Notes under the pieces: model-generated
Database searches by the model: none
The model's input: only the letters and a program-made list of their open reading frames with translations
What the model was told of the DNA's origin: nothing
NCBI GenBank assembly: GCA_918797485.1
Contig: CAKKNE010000001.1
Location: 868,001-932,000 of the forward strand
Length of the DNA stretch: 64,000 nucleotides
Direction of reading: 5' to 3'
Source: Pelagomonas calceolata
Taxonomy: Eukaryota
Position numbers and translations under genes: made by a program
Shown here: in pieces, positions 20,755-31,968 of the stretch
Position numbering within the stretch: the first letter of the stretch is position 1
How the letters are laid out: every line of letters begins with the position of its first letter

Positions 20755-22161
20755 ATGCAGCAGCCATCATTCGACAGTGCCGCGCGCAAGGCGCTGGAAG
20801 CCACCGGACTCCTGTCCGAGGAGGAGATCACGCTCATCATCGGCCGCCGCAAGCGCGCCGCGAGCCGAGCAGCGATCGCCGCATCCCTCGAAAACACTGC
20901 GCTGCTGCCGACGGCAGAGAAACCGGCGGAACGTGAGCTGACGGCCGTCGAGCGCAGCCTGCGGCCTCCGCCCTCGCCGGGCGTCGAGAAGCGGGCCGCC
21001 GTCGCCGAGGCCGAGGACCGCCTCAGCGACACGCTCGCGAAGATGGCCCTGGGGCCGTCGAACGCGCGGGCGCCCGCCGTGCTCGAGGTTGGAACGCCCG
21101 TGTCGTTCAAGCTCTCGGACGGCAGCGTGCGCCGCGGCGTCGTCGAGAAGGTCCATAATGATGGGGCGGCCTACACCTTGGTCGAGGACGGCACAGGCGT
21201 CCGGTGGCAGCACCACCCGGCGCGGTCCCTCAAGGCGCGGACGGGGGCGTCAAAATCGGTCGCGCCGCCGCAACCGCCGACCGCCGACGTCGATGCGGTG
21301 CTGTCATTCCTGACGCCGCCGCAGCGCCAACGGTTCGTCGACAACGAAGTGACGCTCGAATGCCTCGCTCTCTTAAACGAAGAAGATCTTGACGATCTCT
21401 TGGAGGGCGACGCCGAGGCCAAGGCGAGCTTCCGGCTGCGCTACCCGCCTCCCGCGACCGACGAAGCGCGCGCGCCGGTACGCTTCGACGTATCCGACGA
21501 AGCATCTCCGCCGCCCGCGCCGCCGCCCGCGCCGCCCACGCCCCTGCCGCCGGAGGCGCCGCTCCCGACAAAAATCCCGGAGCGGCCGCTCCTGCGCGTG
21601 GTCGTCGACGCCAACATTATATTGGACGCCGGAGACCTCAGCCCGGCGTACTTGTTGCAGGACTGCGGTGCGGTGAGGATCATCCTGCCCCTGCGTGTGG
21701 CCAAGGAGCTGGACGGCCTAAAGGGCTCCTCTGATGACGACGTCGCGCGGCGTGCGCGGCGGGCGAACGCGTTCTTCAGCGACCCTTGGATTCGACGGCA
21801 GCCGTGGCTCGAGCTCGAGCAGGGCGCCGGAGAAGCCGCGAACCGGACCGCCGACGAGGAAATTCTGGACACTGCGCTCGCCGCGCAGAAGGAGGGCACG
21901 ACCGTCCTCTGCACGCGCGATACTGTGTGGAAAGCAACCGATGGCGTGGGGACGCCTACTCGAACTCAGATGTAATTTCCGCGCAGGCGCGACAAGAACC
22001 TACGACTACGCGCGGCGCACGCCGGCGTGGAAGCGCTGGATCTCGTGGAAACGCGGTCCAAGGCCCACGCCCGGGACGTGAGCTGGCGGCGCGCCTACGG
22101 CCACCTCCTCCCCAGTAGCTACGACGACGCCGCGCGGCGGGAGTATCTGCGGAACTACTAG
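20755..22161 (+). CDS. PIN-domain ribonuclease-like protein with SH3/Tudor-like and SAM-like modules; exons 20755-21914, 21987-22161
   Basis: PIN motifs VVVDANI, VAKELDGLK and ADEEILD. After splicing it continues LCT|RDKNLRLRA, the canonical TxDxNL motif. Stop TAG at 22159-22161. Confidence 0.8.
21915..21986 (+). mobile_element. Introner, element 21923-21986; intron 72 nt, GC-AG
   Basis: Left TIR CTGTGTGGAAAGCAA, right end TAATTTCCGCGCAG. TSD gcgcgata (21915-21922) / gcgcgaca (21987-21994), 7/8. Internal GATGGCGTGGGG is shared with other copies. The element contains an in-frame TAA that splicing removes. Confidence 0.9.
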
Positions 22162-22181
22162 TAATCGTGTTTGTCTCTTAC

Positions 22182-25100
22182 TCATCGCGGCGCGACGCGC
22201 CCGCTCCGCGACTGCGGCCGCGTCGTGCGGAAGCCCCGGCGCTCGATTTTGGGCGTCGTCGCGTCGATCTCGGCGTCGCGACGCGTGATCGACGCCGAGA
22301 GCGGCCGGGGTAATTCCGGTCCTCGCGACGCGAGCAATTGTTGCACCTCGGTCAGCGGCGGCCGCGTTTCCCGGGGCGGCGGCGGCGCCGGGTCGTCGCG
22401 GCGCGGTTCCCTTTGAATTTTCGTGGGCAGGGGCCGGTTGCAGGCGACGCAGGCCGGCAGCTTGGACGACCGGCCCATGAGCGTCGGCGCCTCGGCAATC
22501 ACCTGGTCGTAGACGCTGAGGGCGCTGTCGCAGGCCTCGTGGAACCTCCTCACGAAGCGCACGCGCGCCTCTAATCTCAAAGCGCCGGCCTGCGGTCTCA
22601 AGCGAACACACGCGTCCTGGAGCTCTCGCACGAATTCCCTGACCAATTCTATCCTTCGGTTCGCAATGCCGTCGGGGCCCCCCGTCAGGCCGCTGACCGC
22701 CTCGGTCGTGAAGCCTCGGCCCGTCCGCTCACTATACTCAACAGTAGCGGAAGGTAATTGATAGGCCGCCGTGCCTCGAGCTACTCGAGCGATCTCCTCC
22801 AGGTTCGCCGCCGCGGCGACGTGGTCCGACAATGCTTTTGCGGCATAGGCCGCCGCATAAGCTAGTTCCGAGGGCACCGTGACGAGCCGACCCTTCTCCT
22901 TGACCAAATCCTCGTACGGCGCAAAAACTCGCTCAACGAGCCGCTGGGGGTGGGGCCGCGGCGGCGCGGCCCCCAATGCCTTGGGCAGCTTCGATTGCGT
23001 GCTCATCAACGACTCGTGGACGTCGTCGATGCGGCCCCGATACATTTGCTTCGTTATCTCCACTTCGTCCCACAAACTACCCTTGATGCGCCCCGTCTCG
23101 AAGCCCGACGTGAGGACGAGGGGTTCGAGTTTTTGGGGCGTCCTCGGTCTTAACGATGGTGTCGCTTCCTCGATCACATCATCGACGAAGCCGGACTCTA
23201 TTACTTCAAGTCGAGGCGGCGCGACGCCCTCGCCCGTCAGTTGCGACGCTGTCGTTAGGCCATTCAACAACCTCGCTATCGATGAAGCGATGTGGTCCCG
23301 TTCTTTTTTGAAAGCTGCTGTTCTCTCACTTTTCGTCGACGAGGAACAAATTATTTTTTCGTGCTTGTGGTGGCCTAATGCTGCCCTTAGCCACGCTTGC
23401 GACGCGTCCTGGGCCTCCTTGCGCTGGAGCTGTTCCCACAGTACATGTTTTCTAACATCCTCGTACACATCTCGCAGCGACCTGTCGAGGCCGACGACGT
23501 CGACGGACACGCCCCTTAAATCAGTTCTTAATGAGGTGACTTCGTCGCTGTAGGAAGATAGCGTCGCTTCCGTCTCCTGCTGGTTAGCTAGCGCTTTGAC
23601 CTCGGCATCCCGTTGAGTCGACTTGATCTGTCTTTCTAACTCATCGACTCTCTCAGTCAACGTTTCATGGATCGCATTCACTTTATGCTCCAGGTCGTCG
23701 CAGGTCTTCGTAATTAATGAACCGAACTTGGCATCTAGTAGAGTCGTAGCAGACGTCACCGACGCGCCAATAAATTCCTTGAGCCGCTCCTCGAGCTCGT
23801 CCATACCTTCTACTCGTCTATCCTCAGCAGCAGAAGCAACAGACGCCAACGACGCCCGCAACGCTTCATCTTTGAGAGCCATCTCCCGCTCCTCCTTCCT
23901 ACGAACAATGTCGTCCTCGGCCTCGAGGACCTTCAACGAAGCCATGAAGCCAAACGAACAGTTCTCGAACGCATCTCGCAGCTTCAGGGCCTCGGCGGCC
24001 TGGGCCGCGCGCATCATGTAGGGTCTCGCGGCCTTCTCGGCAATCCTGAAAATCTCCGCTTGATTTTCGTCGGGCTCCATCGAAAAGTCCTCCTCGGCAC
24101 CCGTATGGCCGACGGCCTCCCGCAGCTGTTCACATAAGATGATCTCGGTCCAGTGGTGGAAGCTCCGTTTTTTTTGTTGCTTTTCTACACATATCTCCAC
24201 TAGTCTCTCAAAGCCTCGAGCCATGCCCTCCTTGTGCTTCTGGGCCTTGTGCTTCTCGAGCCAGTTCGACCAGCCCAGGATGATACCGTGGTTCGCGCCC
24301 ATGTTGCCCAATCTTAATAAAATCTTTTTTTTTTTTATGAACAGCGTGATCTCATTTGCCGCATGCTTCCAGGAGTTGAAATACATTCCTTGCACTTTCA
24401 TCTCCTTGTCCGTCATGTAGGCGCATAGGCGCTTCATGCCCTTCTCCCGGTTGAGTTCATTTTGTAAAACGTGTAAGCCGCCCAGGCTATCCCTTACCGC
24501 TTGTCTGACTTTTCTATCGAACATGCGCTTGTCCCTTTCCAACTCGTGCCGTAGCTCGGCCTGCTGGACCTCCCAGATCTCCTTCTCCGCCGCATGCGCT
24601 AGGCGAGCCGCTTCCAACTCATGTGTTTGACTTTCGAGTTGTCCTAATCTCTTCTGCTGGTGTTTCAATTGGTGCTGCAACCCTTGGAAGAGGTTCGTGA
24701 GTGCGGACGCATTGAACAGATCACTGAGATCCAATTGCGCCGTGTTGAGCGTTTCTTCCTGCGACTCCTCTTCGACGGTCGCCGGCGGAGTGACATCGGG
24801 ATATTTGCAGGTCTGCTCGTGGAGTTCCACATCATCAAAGGTGCCTCTATAGCCACAGCCCTTCTCGCAGTCGTACAACTCGGCACTTGGTGCTAACGAG
24901 TCTTCTTCTTCTGCCGCGGGAACGAACGACGGCAGGTCCTCGTCGGCCTCGGCCTCGGGCGCGGCCGGTGCGGGCTCCTCCTCCGCTTCGGCCGGCGGTT
25001 CCGTCGCGGGGGCGGCGCCTCCGTCGGCCGGCGGCGCAGGCTCCTCCGCCGCCTCGGCGGGCGGCGCGGGTTCCGTCGCGGCGCCTCCGTCCGACGGCGG

Positions 25101-25205
25101 CGCCGCGGCGGGCGCGGCGGCGAGGTCCGCCGCCGCGGCGTCGAGCTCCGCTTCCAGCGCCGCGCCGGCGTCGGCTGGCGCCTCCTCGGCGGCGGCCTCT
25201 GACAT
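22182..25205 (-). CDS. Large coiled-coil protein with zinc-knuckle-like motifs
   Basis: Long ORF, likely starting at MSEAAAEE (25205). Has CEKGCG...HEQTC and CVACNRPLP motifs and heptad-rich segments. Confidence 0.75.
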   Translation of the reverse strand: MSEAAAEEAPADAGAALEAELDAAAADLAAAPAAAPPSDGGAATEPAPPAEAAEEPAPPADGGAAPATEPPAEAEEEPAPAAPEAEADEDLPSFVPAAEEEDSLAPSAELYDCEKGCGYRGTFDDVELHEQTCKYPDVTPPATVEEESQEETLNTAQLDLSDLFNASALTNLFQGLQHQLKHQQKRLGQLESQTHELEAARLAHAAEKEIWEVQQAELRHELERDKRMFDRKVRQAVRDSLGGLHVLQNELNREKGMKRLCAYMTDKEMKVQGMYFNSWKHAANEITLFIKKKKILLRLGNMGANHGIILGWSNWLEKHKAQKHKEGMARGFERLVEICVEKQQKKRSFHHWTEIILCEQLREAVGHTGAEEDFSMEPDENQAEIFRIAEKAARPYMMRAAQAAEALKLRDAFENCSFGFMASLKVLEAEDDIVRRKEEREMALKDEALRASLASVASAAEDRRVEGMDELEERLKEFIGASVTSATTLLDAKFGSLITKTCDDLEHKVNAIHETLTERVDELERQIKSTQRDAEVKALANQQETEATLSSYSDEVTSLRTDLRGVSVDVVGLDRSLRDVYEDVRKHVLWEQLQRKEAQDASQAWLRAALGHHKHEKIICSSSTKSERTAAFKKERDHIASSIARLLNGLTTASQLTGEGVAPPRLEVIESGFVDDVIEEATPSLRPRTPQKLEPLVLTSGFETGRIKGSLWDEVEITKQMYRGRIDDVHESLMSTQSKLPKALGAAPPRPHPQRLVERVFAPYEDLVKEKGRLVTVPSELAYAAAYAAKALSDHVAAAANLEEIARVARGTAAYQLPSATVEYSERTGRGFTTEAVSGLTGGPDGIANRRIELVREFVRELQDACVRLRPQAGALRLEARVRFVRRFHEACDSALSVYDQVIAEAPTLMGRSSKLPACVACNRPLPTKIQREPRRDDPAPPPPRETRPPLTEVQQLLASRGPELPRPLSASITRRDAEIDATTPKIERRGFRTTRPQSRSGRVAPR

Positions 25206-25647
25206 TGGTTGTTGCTGCTCACCGCCGAGCGACGTGCGCGCTGCGCGTGAGGCTGCCCCGACCGTATCGAGGGCCCGGCGGGCGCTTTGGGGGCACGCGA
25301 GCTCGTGTGGCCGGGCCGCAACGAGCTCGTTTCGCGCTTGCTTCGCGAGTGGCACAGCGCCAAGGTCGTTGTGTGCGGGGTCGGCAGCCCGCGATCCGGG
25401 ATCCGCGGGGCCGCGGAGCGCTCGGTGCGACGCCACTACTACATGGGGCCGCGCCGGAAGACTGCTGCGGCTGCTGCTAAAAAAAAATTGCCCCAAGGCT
25501 GCCCACCAATTGCAAACTGGCGCGCCGGGAAGCGGCATCCGGGGACGCAGCAGTGAAAAGGTCTTCATCATGGCATCCCTGCTCTCCGGCTCGAGCGCTA
25601 TGAACGCGGGGGCAGCTGTAAGTGCCACGGACAAGCGCAAGGAGCAA

Positions 25648-26211
25648 ATGGCATCACTCACGCCGCGCCGCGTCGCCATCAAGTTCTCGCCGCCGACACT
25701 CATCCTCGAGTACGCGCCCTCGTATGGGCGCTACCTCCACTACAAGGTGCGCATGGGTCATCTGAGGCCGTCGACGGACCCGTATGCGGTGGCGAACCGC
25801 TTATATCGGGACCACCCGCGCTTTTTTGATCGAGCGAAGGTCGAGTTCGGCCAGACGCTGAAGCTGGTGCGGAAACTCATCGACAACGCCGGCGCGGCGT
25901 CTCCCATGGCATCTCCGGTGGCGCCGTCGCCGCCGCCCGCGCGGGCCGCGCCGCCGCCCGCCTCCTACGGCGACGACTTCGAGGACGACTTCGAGCCCGA
26001 GACGCCTGTGGTAGCGGCGCCGGCGCCGGCCGCCGCGCGGGAGGAGGTCGACCTGAACAAGGTCTCGGAGTTCCGACTGAAAGCCGCGAAGCTCGAGATG
26101 GATGTTGGATTTTCGCAATCCCTAAAACGGCCGGGCGACGCGGGCTACGAGTACGACAAGCAAGTCGACTTCGAGCCGGCAGGCGATAGCGACGGGAGCT
26201 GGGACGACTAA
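25648..26211 (+). CDS. CEP19: Centrosomal/ciliary protein CEP19-like
   Basis: The N-terminus PRRVAIKFSPPTLILEY and the C-terminus DLNKVS...EMDVGFSQSLKRPGDAGYEYDKQVDF...SWDD match the CEP19 pattern. Confidence 0.8.
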   Translation: MASLTPRRVAIKFSPPTLILEYAPSYGRYLHYKVRMGHLRPSTDPYAVANRLYRDHPRFFDRAKVEFGQTLKLVRKLIDNAGAASPMASPVAPSPPPARAAPPPASYGDDFEDDFEPETPVVAAPAPAAAREEVDLNKVSEFRLKAAKLEMDVGFSQSLKRPGDAGYEYDKQVDFEPAGDSDGSWDD

Positions 26212-26411
26212 GCTTCCTAGGAAATACCTGGTGCTTTCCGCGCGCGGGGACTTCGGGGAGTGTTGCTTTTACGCACGTACTCGACGTACTCGGACAAGGT
26301 GGAGGACGACCCGCGCCGCGTCGACTCGACTCGAACCCGATCGTCGACGCCACCCCCTCTGTTCCCCCCCCCACCCCCCCCCTCATGTATAGCAATTGTT
26401 GATTTCCCTTC

Positions 26412-27341
26412 TTAGCTCGAGTTCGCGATCGTCGTGCGCGTCGTGATCGTCGCGCGACAGTTGGGGCACTCGGCGAGCCGCGCGGCGCACGAGGCGCAGG
26501 CGAGGAAGTGGTTGCACGGCCCGAAGAGAACGGAACGCGGCGCGTCGGCTTCCATGCAGATCGTGCACAGGAGGCGGTCCTCGAGCGCCTCCTTCTCGCG
26601 TTTTACCTGGACGAGCGCGCCCGCGGTCGCGTCCGTCGCGGCCTTGAGCGCCTTGAGGCCGGACGCGGGCGCCTCGCACGCGCGTTTGGGCGCCGGCCCG
26701 CGCGTCTCAGTGCCCGCGTCCACGTCATAAACGGGGACGCTCGTGAGGCGGTCGAGCTCCTTCTCGACGTGGTCGAGGCGCGCCTTGATCTTGTCCGACG
26801 CCTTGGCATAGGACGGGCCGCACGAGTCGCAGAGCTCCTCCTCGCCGGTCGGGCCGTCGAATCGGCGGCGCGTGGCGGTCGAGGCGCACCAGCGACACTC
26901 GAACGCCTCCGAGAGCGGGCCGGTCTTGCCGCGGAGGAAGCGGTCGTTGCACTTGACGCAGAGGGTGCCGGGACCTTTGGGGCCCATGCATCGCGAGCCA
27001 GTTGTCGTTGGGCACCAATCGCAACGCCAGTTCTTCGCCGGCGGGCCGGTCGCGCCTTTCGCGCGGCGCACGTTGCACGACTCGCAGAGCGTAGCTGGTC
27101 CTTTCGGACCCTTGCACCGCCTTGACGTTTTGGAGTCATCGGCGCCGCAATCGTCGCAGGACCAGTCGTCCGACCGCGGGCCGGTCTCGCCAGCATTCCA
27201 ACGATGGTTGCATTTGCCGCAGAGCGTCTTCGGGCCGTCCGGGCCTCGGTTCTGCCGGCCTTTGGTTTGTGGACACCAGTTGCATTTCCAGGCGGGCGCC
27301 TTCTTCTTCGCGCCTTTCTTCTTGCCGCCGCGTGCGGACAT
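26412..27341 (-). CDS. Four GATA-type zinc fingers plus C-terminal RING (C3HC4) finger
   Basis: Four CxxC-x17/18-CxxC units with a GPxGPxTLC core. RING: CTICME...PCNHFLACASC...CPNCR. Confidence 0.85.
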   Translation of the reverse strand: MSARGGKKKGAKKKAPAWKCNWCPQTKGRQNRGPDGPKTLCGKCNHRWNAGETGPRSDDWSCDDCGADDSKTSRRCKGPKGPATLCESCNVRRAKGATGPPAKNWRCDWCPTTTGSRCMGPKGPGTLCVKCNDRFLRGKTGPLSEAFECRWCASTATRRRFDGPTGEEELCDSCGPSYAKASDKIKARLDHVEKELDRLTSVPVYDVDAGTETRGPAPKRACEAPASGLKALKAATDATAGALVQVKREKEALEDRLLCTICMEADAPRSVLFGPCNHFLACASCAARLAECPNCRATITTRTTIANSS

Positions 27342-27508
27342 TGTGATCGATTGATCAATTAGCAATTTTGACCCAAGGCTCGGTTTTGGCTCAGGATCGA
27401 ACCTGTCCTGCGTACTTATGCGACCGCGGGAACACGCGCGACTCTTCTCAAACTGAAACGCAAGCGAGTGACTCTAAGAGACTCGACACAGCCGTGCTTG
27501 TGCGGCTA

Positions 27509-27535
27509 GCTAGCGTCTTGTAAGACACTAGGAAG
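27509..27535 (+). promoter_or_regulatory. Recurrent intergenic motif
   Basis: gctagcgtcttgtaagacactaggaag between divergent genes (27341- / 27753+). Confidence 0.6.
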
Positions 27536-27752
27536 TCAGCAAGCTGGGCAAGCGGGCGCCGTGCACCGCCACGCAATACTGTTACTTGCAGAGCAGCGAA
27601 AATAACATCTGCGACCGAGCATCAATCCCACGTGAAGCGCTGGCATCGCTGGTGCCACTGCTGCCCAGCACACCCAAGTAACCCAAAAGCAGCTCGCTGC
27701 TGGCATTAGCAGCGGCGCGAGCGTATCGCTGGCAACAACGAACGAAACAAGG

Positions 27753-29783
27753 ATGAAGTTCGTCTCCTTATTAAGTGGAGGCAAGGACAGCGTATTCGCG
27801 ACCACCGAATGCGAGCGCCACGGCCACGAACTCGTCTGCGCCGCGCACCTATCGCCGCACAACGACGCGGACGAGCTCGACAGTTTTTGTTTTCAGAGCG
27901 CGGCCCATAATGTGGTCGAAGGCGTCGCCGCATGTTTGGGTGTGCCTTTGATACGACGGACCTGGGACGGCAGATCCATCGATCAAAGTCTGAACTACAC
28001 GGTAACCGAAGGCGACGAGGTCGAGGAGCTGTACGAACTGCTGCGGGAAGTTTTACGAAGGCATCCGGACGTTACCGCAGTGTCGTCGGGCGCTATTTTG
28101 TCCACGTACCAACGCACAAGAGTGGAGGCGTGCTGTCAGCGCTTGCAGCTGACGTCGCTCGCGTACCTGTGGCAGCGGCCCCAAAGACAGCTCCTGAAGG
28201 ACATGAGTCGATCCGGCTTGAAAGCGATCGTCGTCAAGACCGCGACGTTAGGTCTCGAGCCGGAGGATCTGGGATTGCAACTCATGGCGCGAGCGACGCG
28301 TTCCAGGTTCGACGACCTGCACGACAAGTACAAGTTTCATGTGTGTGGCGAGGGCGGCGAGTACGAGTCTCTTGTCTTAGATTCTCCACGCTTTGTCACG
28401 AAGAGAATTGTCCTCACGAAGACGGAAACACTAAGACTAGATGATCAGCCGAGTGGCTGCGGCGCGGTATCACTACTCAAAGTAATAGAGTGGGCCCTCG
28501 AAGACAAGACTGAGACGGTGAGAGAAGAGGTCTCCTCTGACGATTCTGACGGAGACACGGTCGACGACGTCGCCTTCACTGAAGAGACGCATGAGCCCGT
28601 GATACTAGAAACGGACGTGCGCGGCGTCTGTGCGGGTCGATCGTGTCGATGTTCCCGCGGCGACGTTGGACGAAGGATCGCGGCAGTTGGAGGTAATTTG
28701 CCTTCAGAACGCGGCGACGCGGCCGCGCAGCTCGCGAACGCTCTTGACGAGTGTGACAGCGCGTTACGCACGAACGGTTTTGATGGATTGGGCGACGTCT
28801 TCTTCGCGCACTTGTATTTGAAAGATTTGAGCCAATTCTCGGCCGTCAATACAGTGTTCGAGGCCGCCTTTTCCAGTAGTAGAAGGGTCCCGTCGCGTTC
28901 TTGTGTCCAGGTCCCCCTACCTATGGGTGTCGAGTGTATCCTAGATGTGGAGGCCACTACTGCCACGAGATCTACATTACACGTCCGGTCGCGGTCCGAG
29001 TGGGCGCCGCAGTGTCTCGGCCCTTACTGCCAGGCCAATACCCTGATCAAGGGTATTACTTTTGCGGCCGGTCAAGTTCCGCTCGATGCGCCGACCATGA
29101 CCCTATCTACCGAAGGCGCTTCTCTGGCTCTGAGGCACGCCCAGCAAATACTGACCGCTTCTTCATGTTCCCTCAGGCACGCATTGTCGATGGTGGCGTA
29201 CACTATTACCGGATACGACCACCGCTACGTTCTCAGAGCTGCCGAGAGGTATAATTTGCGGCCCGACGCGATACTATGCGTAAAGGTTCCCGCGTTGCCG
29301 GCGAACGCGCCGTGCGAAATCGAAGCAGTAGCATACAAGGAGCCGGTCCACATCTGGCGCGACGCGGCGAAGGAGGCCGGCTGCGTTATCTATCTCCGCT
29401 GCTGCTTTGTGCCGCGAGGGTTCTGCGCGTCTCTCGTTCGCGTCTGCGCGCCGCGGAAAAATGAGGAACAAAAGCTGGACCTGGCGACGTGTCTCGGTGC
29501 TTTAGTGGGAGGCGCGCATCTGTCTCTGGCAAAGGCCGGGCTGCGCGAGGAGCACTTCTGCCGGTTGCGCGTGTTTATTCCAGAAGCGATGAGCTGCGCG
29601 GCGGTGCACGCTTTGTTGGAGGATCTGCTGGAGGGGGAAGACGTGGACCCGCCGGCTGTCACGGTCGTGCCCGTCTTGTCCTTAGAGCCGGGCGTCGCGC
29701 TCGCGGCGCAGGTCATTGGCGGGGACCTCGGGGCGGCGGAGGCGGACGCGTGGCTGAGGGGCGGCGGCGGCGATTCTGCGTAA
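27753..29783 (+). CDS. DPH6: Diphthine--ammonia ligase with C-terminal YjgF/RidA-like domains
   Basis: MKFVSLLSGGKDS, SSGAILSTYQRTRVE and CGEGGEYESLVLD, followed by HVRSRSEWAPQCLGPYCQA in the YjgF-like region. Confidence 0.92.
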   Translation: MKFVSLLSGGKDSVFATTECERHGHELVCAAHLSPHNDADELDSFCFQSAAHNVVEGVAACLGVPLIRRTWDGRSIDQSLNYTVTEGDEVEELYELLREVLRRHPDVTAVSSGAILSTYQRTRVEACCQRLQLTSLAYLWQRPQRQLLKDMSRSGLKAIVVKTATLGLEPEDLGLQLMARATRSRFDDLHDKYKFHVCGEGGEYESLVLDSPRFVTKRIVLTKTETLRLDDQPSGCGAVSLLKVIEWALEDKTETVREEVSSDDSDGDTVDDVAFTEETHEPVILETDVRGVCAGRSCRCSRGDVGRRIAAVGGNLPSERGDAAAQLANALDECDSALRTNGFDGLGDVFFAHLYLKDLSQFSAVNTVFEAAFSSSRRVPSRSCVQVPLPMGVECILDVEATTATRSTLHVRSRSEWAPQCLGPYCQANTLIKGITFAAGQVPLDAPTMTLSTEGASLALRHAQQILTASSCSLRHALSMVAYTITGYDHRYVLRAAERYNLRPDAILCVKVPALPANAPCEIEAVAYKEPVHIWRDAAKEAGCVIYLRCCFVPRGFCASLVRVCAPRKNEEQKLDLATCLGALVGGAHLSLAKAGLREEHFCRLRVFIPEAMSCAAVHALLEDLLEGEDVDPPAVTVVPVLSLEPGVALAAQVIGGDLGAAEADAWLRGGGGDSA

Positions 29784-30169
29784 GTTTTTGTTGGTTGTTT
29801 ATCCTTTTTTTTGCGTGGCGATGGCGTGCCTGTGGCTCTAGTCACTGGAGTGGCACGCTCGGCGCCGGCGCGGCCGTCGCTCTCGCCCCATTGGCTGCCA
29901 GAGACGCCCCTACTCCGTGCGTCGAGTCCTCCCCCGCGCCCGCCGAGCCCTCGCCCGGGGGATTTGGGTATGTGGGGGAATTGAACGGAAGATGAACGGA
30001 CCTAAAAGTCTGGCGGCCCAGCGCCGCGCCCTCCCGTGCTTATCTGAGCGCTGGGCTACGCCGCGGGCTGCCTTAAAACCAAGCAGCAGGCTGCCCGCAG
30101 CCCCTAAACGTGGCCGCCGCGCCGCCGCGAAGCAACAACAGCCGCCACAAGACAAGTGCTCCAGCCACC

Positions 30170-31804
30170 ATGCCGGCCGGTTCCCGCCGCCCGTCCCTCG
30201 AGCAGTTGATTACGACGCACCAGTCGACCTTGGAAACCATCATCAAGACGCCGAAGCGGCAGCAGGGCGCCGACTCCGAGGAGGCCAAGGCCGGCATCAA
30301 TGCGATCTACGAGCTCATCGGGAAGGAAGAGCCTCTGACCCAGGACAAGGTCGGCGCCTTCGTCCAGCAATTGGGCATCGTGTTACCGCCGGCCCAGCTC
30401 GACACGCTGTTCGCGTTCTTTGCCGTGAGTGATGCCCAGTTCCCGTCCGAAACGAATCCCGAAGGCAAAAAAGCCGAGTCCATGACCGTGGATGAATTTC
30501 GGAGGTTAGTAAGAGCCGTGGTCCAGTCCGGCGACCTTGTGGACTGCGAGGGCGGCGTCGCCGATTCGTCTACCGAAATCCACGCCTTCGAGCCCGCCGA
30601 ACTCAAACAGTTGCAACGCGTATTTAACTCGGTGGACGACGACGGTTCGGGAGAACTCGACTACGACGAGCTCGCGCGCGTCCTCGAGAAGTGGGGCCTG
30701 GAAAATGTCTCGGAAGCGGACGTGGAACAATTAGTAAAACGTTTTGACGTGAACAAAAACGGCAAGCTCGACTTCGACGAGTTCCTGGGGCTGGCGACGG
30801 CGGCCAAGTCGCTGTCCGAGGGCGACGGCGAGTCCATGGAGGTTACGATACGGACGCACTTCGCTCGAGAACACGCGAAGATGAAGTCGCTCATGGTCCG
30901 GCAAAAAATTGCGGTCGACGCCGCGACCCTCCAGTTCTTCAAGACGGACGACGGGACGGTCGAACGAGCGGCAGCGACGGCGGCTCGCGCGTCGCTGGAC
31001 TTGGCCGCGGACGAGGAGACGGCGGACGGTGCCAGAACACATGTCGAGAAAAGACTGTCCGGTGAGCTCGATGATAGATTCCTGACGGCTTGTGAGGGTG
31101 GCAAGACCAAGGAGCTGAAATCACTCTTGGCTCGCGGCGCGCACTTGAACTGTACGCGCAATGAGCCGCCGCGACCGTCGGCGTTGCTCTTAGCTCTGGA
31201 CTGTCGACAGGACAAGGCGGCGCTCGCGTTGATCGACGCCGGTGCGGATTGTGCCTACCGGGACGAGACGGGTGCCGGGGCCATCATCAAGGCCTGCGGG
31301 AGCGGGTGTTTATCCAAGAACCGGAAACTCCTCGGGAAGCTCGTGGAGAAGGGTGCTTCGCTGAACGACCAGGACGAGACGGGCTTGACCGCTCTGTTGG
31401 TTGCTATTGGGCGGGGCAAGGCCGAGGAAGTGGAGAAATTGATAGAAGCGGGCGCCGACGTGAATCTCGCAGATTCCGAGGGCACGACACCATTAATCGC
31501 AGCAGTGAAAGAGAAGAATAAAGGCATCGTGGATCAGTTAGTAAGAGCCAACGCCGACGTGAACAAGATCGACGAATATAATCAGTCGGCTCTAGATATC
31601 GCGGAAGGCGACGAGAAGATCAAGGAGGTCCTGGAGAAGAACGGAGGGCTTACTGGAAAGGCGGTCCTGGACATGGCCGGCACACCGGCGCGCGCGCCGT
31701 TGGAAAAGCTGCGCCCGGACCGCATGGGGACGACGCGGCGGCGGTCCATGGACGAGGTCCGGCGCAGCCGCGCCGAGCTCGAGCCGATTGCTGACGGGGC
31801 GTAA
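30170..31804 (+). CDS. EF-hand plus ankyrin-repeat protein
   Basis: EF hands DDDGSGELDYDE and DVNKNGKLDFDE. Ankyrin repeats such as GADVNLADSEGTTPLIAA. Confidence 0.85.
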   Translation: MPAGSRRPSLEQLITTHQSTLETIIKTPKRQQGADSEEAKAGINAIYELIGKEEPLTQDKVGAFVQQLGIVLPPAQLDTLFAFFAVSDAQFPSETNPEGKKAESMTVDEFRRLVRAVVQSGDLVDCEGGVADSSTEIHAFEPAELKQLQRVFNSVDDDGSGELDYDELARVLEKWGLENVSEADVEQLVKRFDVNKNGKLDFDEFLGLATAAKSLSEGDGESMEVTIRTHFAREHAKMKSLMVRQKIAVDAATLQFFKTDDGTVERAAATAARASLDLAADEETADGARTHVEKRLSGELDDRFLTACEGGKTKELKSLLARGAHLNCTRNEPPRPSALLLALDCRQDKAALALIDAGADCAYRDETGAGAIIKACGSGCLSKNRKLLGKLVEKGASLNDQDETGLTALLVAIGRGKAEEVEKLIEAGADVNLADSEGTTPLIAAVKEKNKGIVDQLVRANADVNKIDEYNQSALDIAEGDEKIKEVLEKNGGLTGKAVLDMAGTPARAPLEKLRPDRMGTTRRRSMDEVRRSRAELEPIADGA

Positions 31805-31941
31805 GTTGATTTCTCGTAGTACTAGCTCCATGGTAGCTGGGAGCTTAGAGAGAGACATCCCGCACGCAGCTCGATTCGCTCTGCGTTTAGGGGGTACCGC
31901 CCCGGGGAGCGGCTTCCAGGGCTCCCGCGCTTAGGAAATCG

Positions 31942-31968
31942 CCTAGCGTCCTGTAAGACACTAGCAAG
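31942..31968 (+). promoter_or_regulatory. Recurrent intergenic motif
   Basis: cctagcgtcctgtaagacactagcaag, ~150 bp upstream of ATG 32117. Confidence 0.6.

Noticed and set aside
26350..26385. Poly-C tract as telomeric or functional repeat
   Set aside because: It is a simple low-complexity tract in a convergent gap with no periodic unit, although G-quadruplex potential on the - strand is possible.
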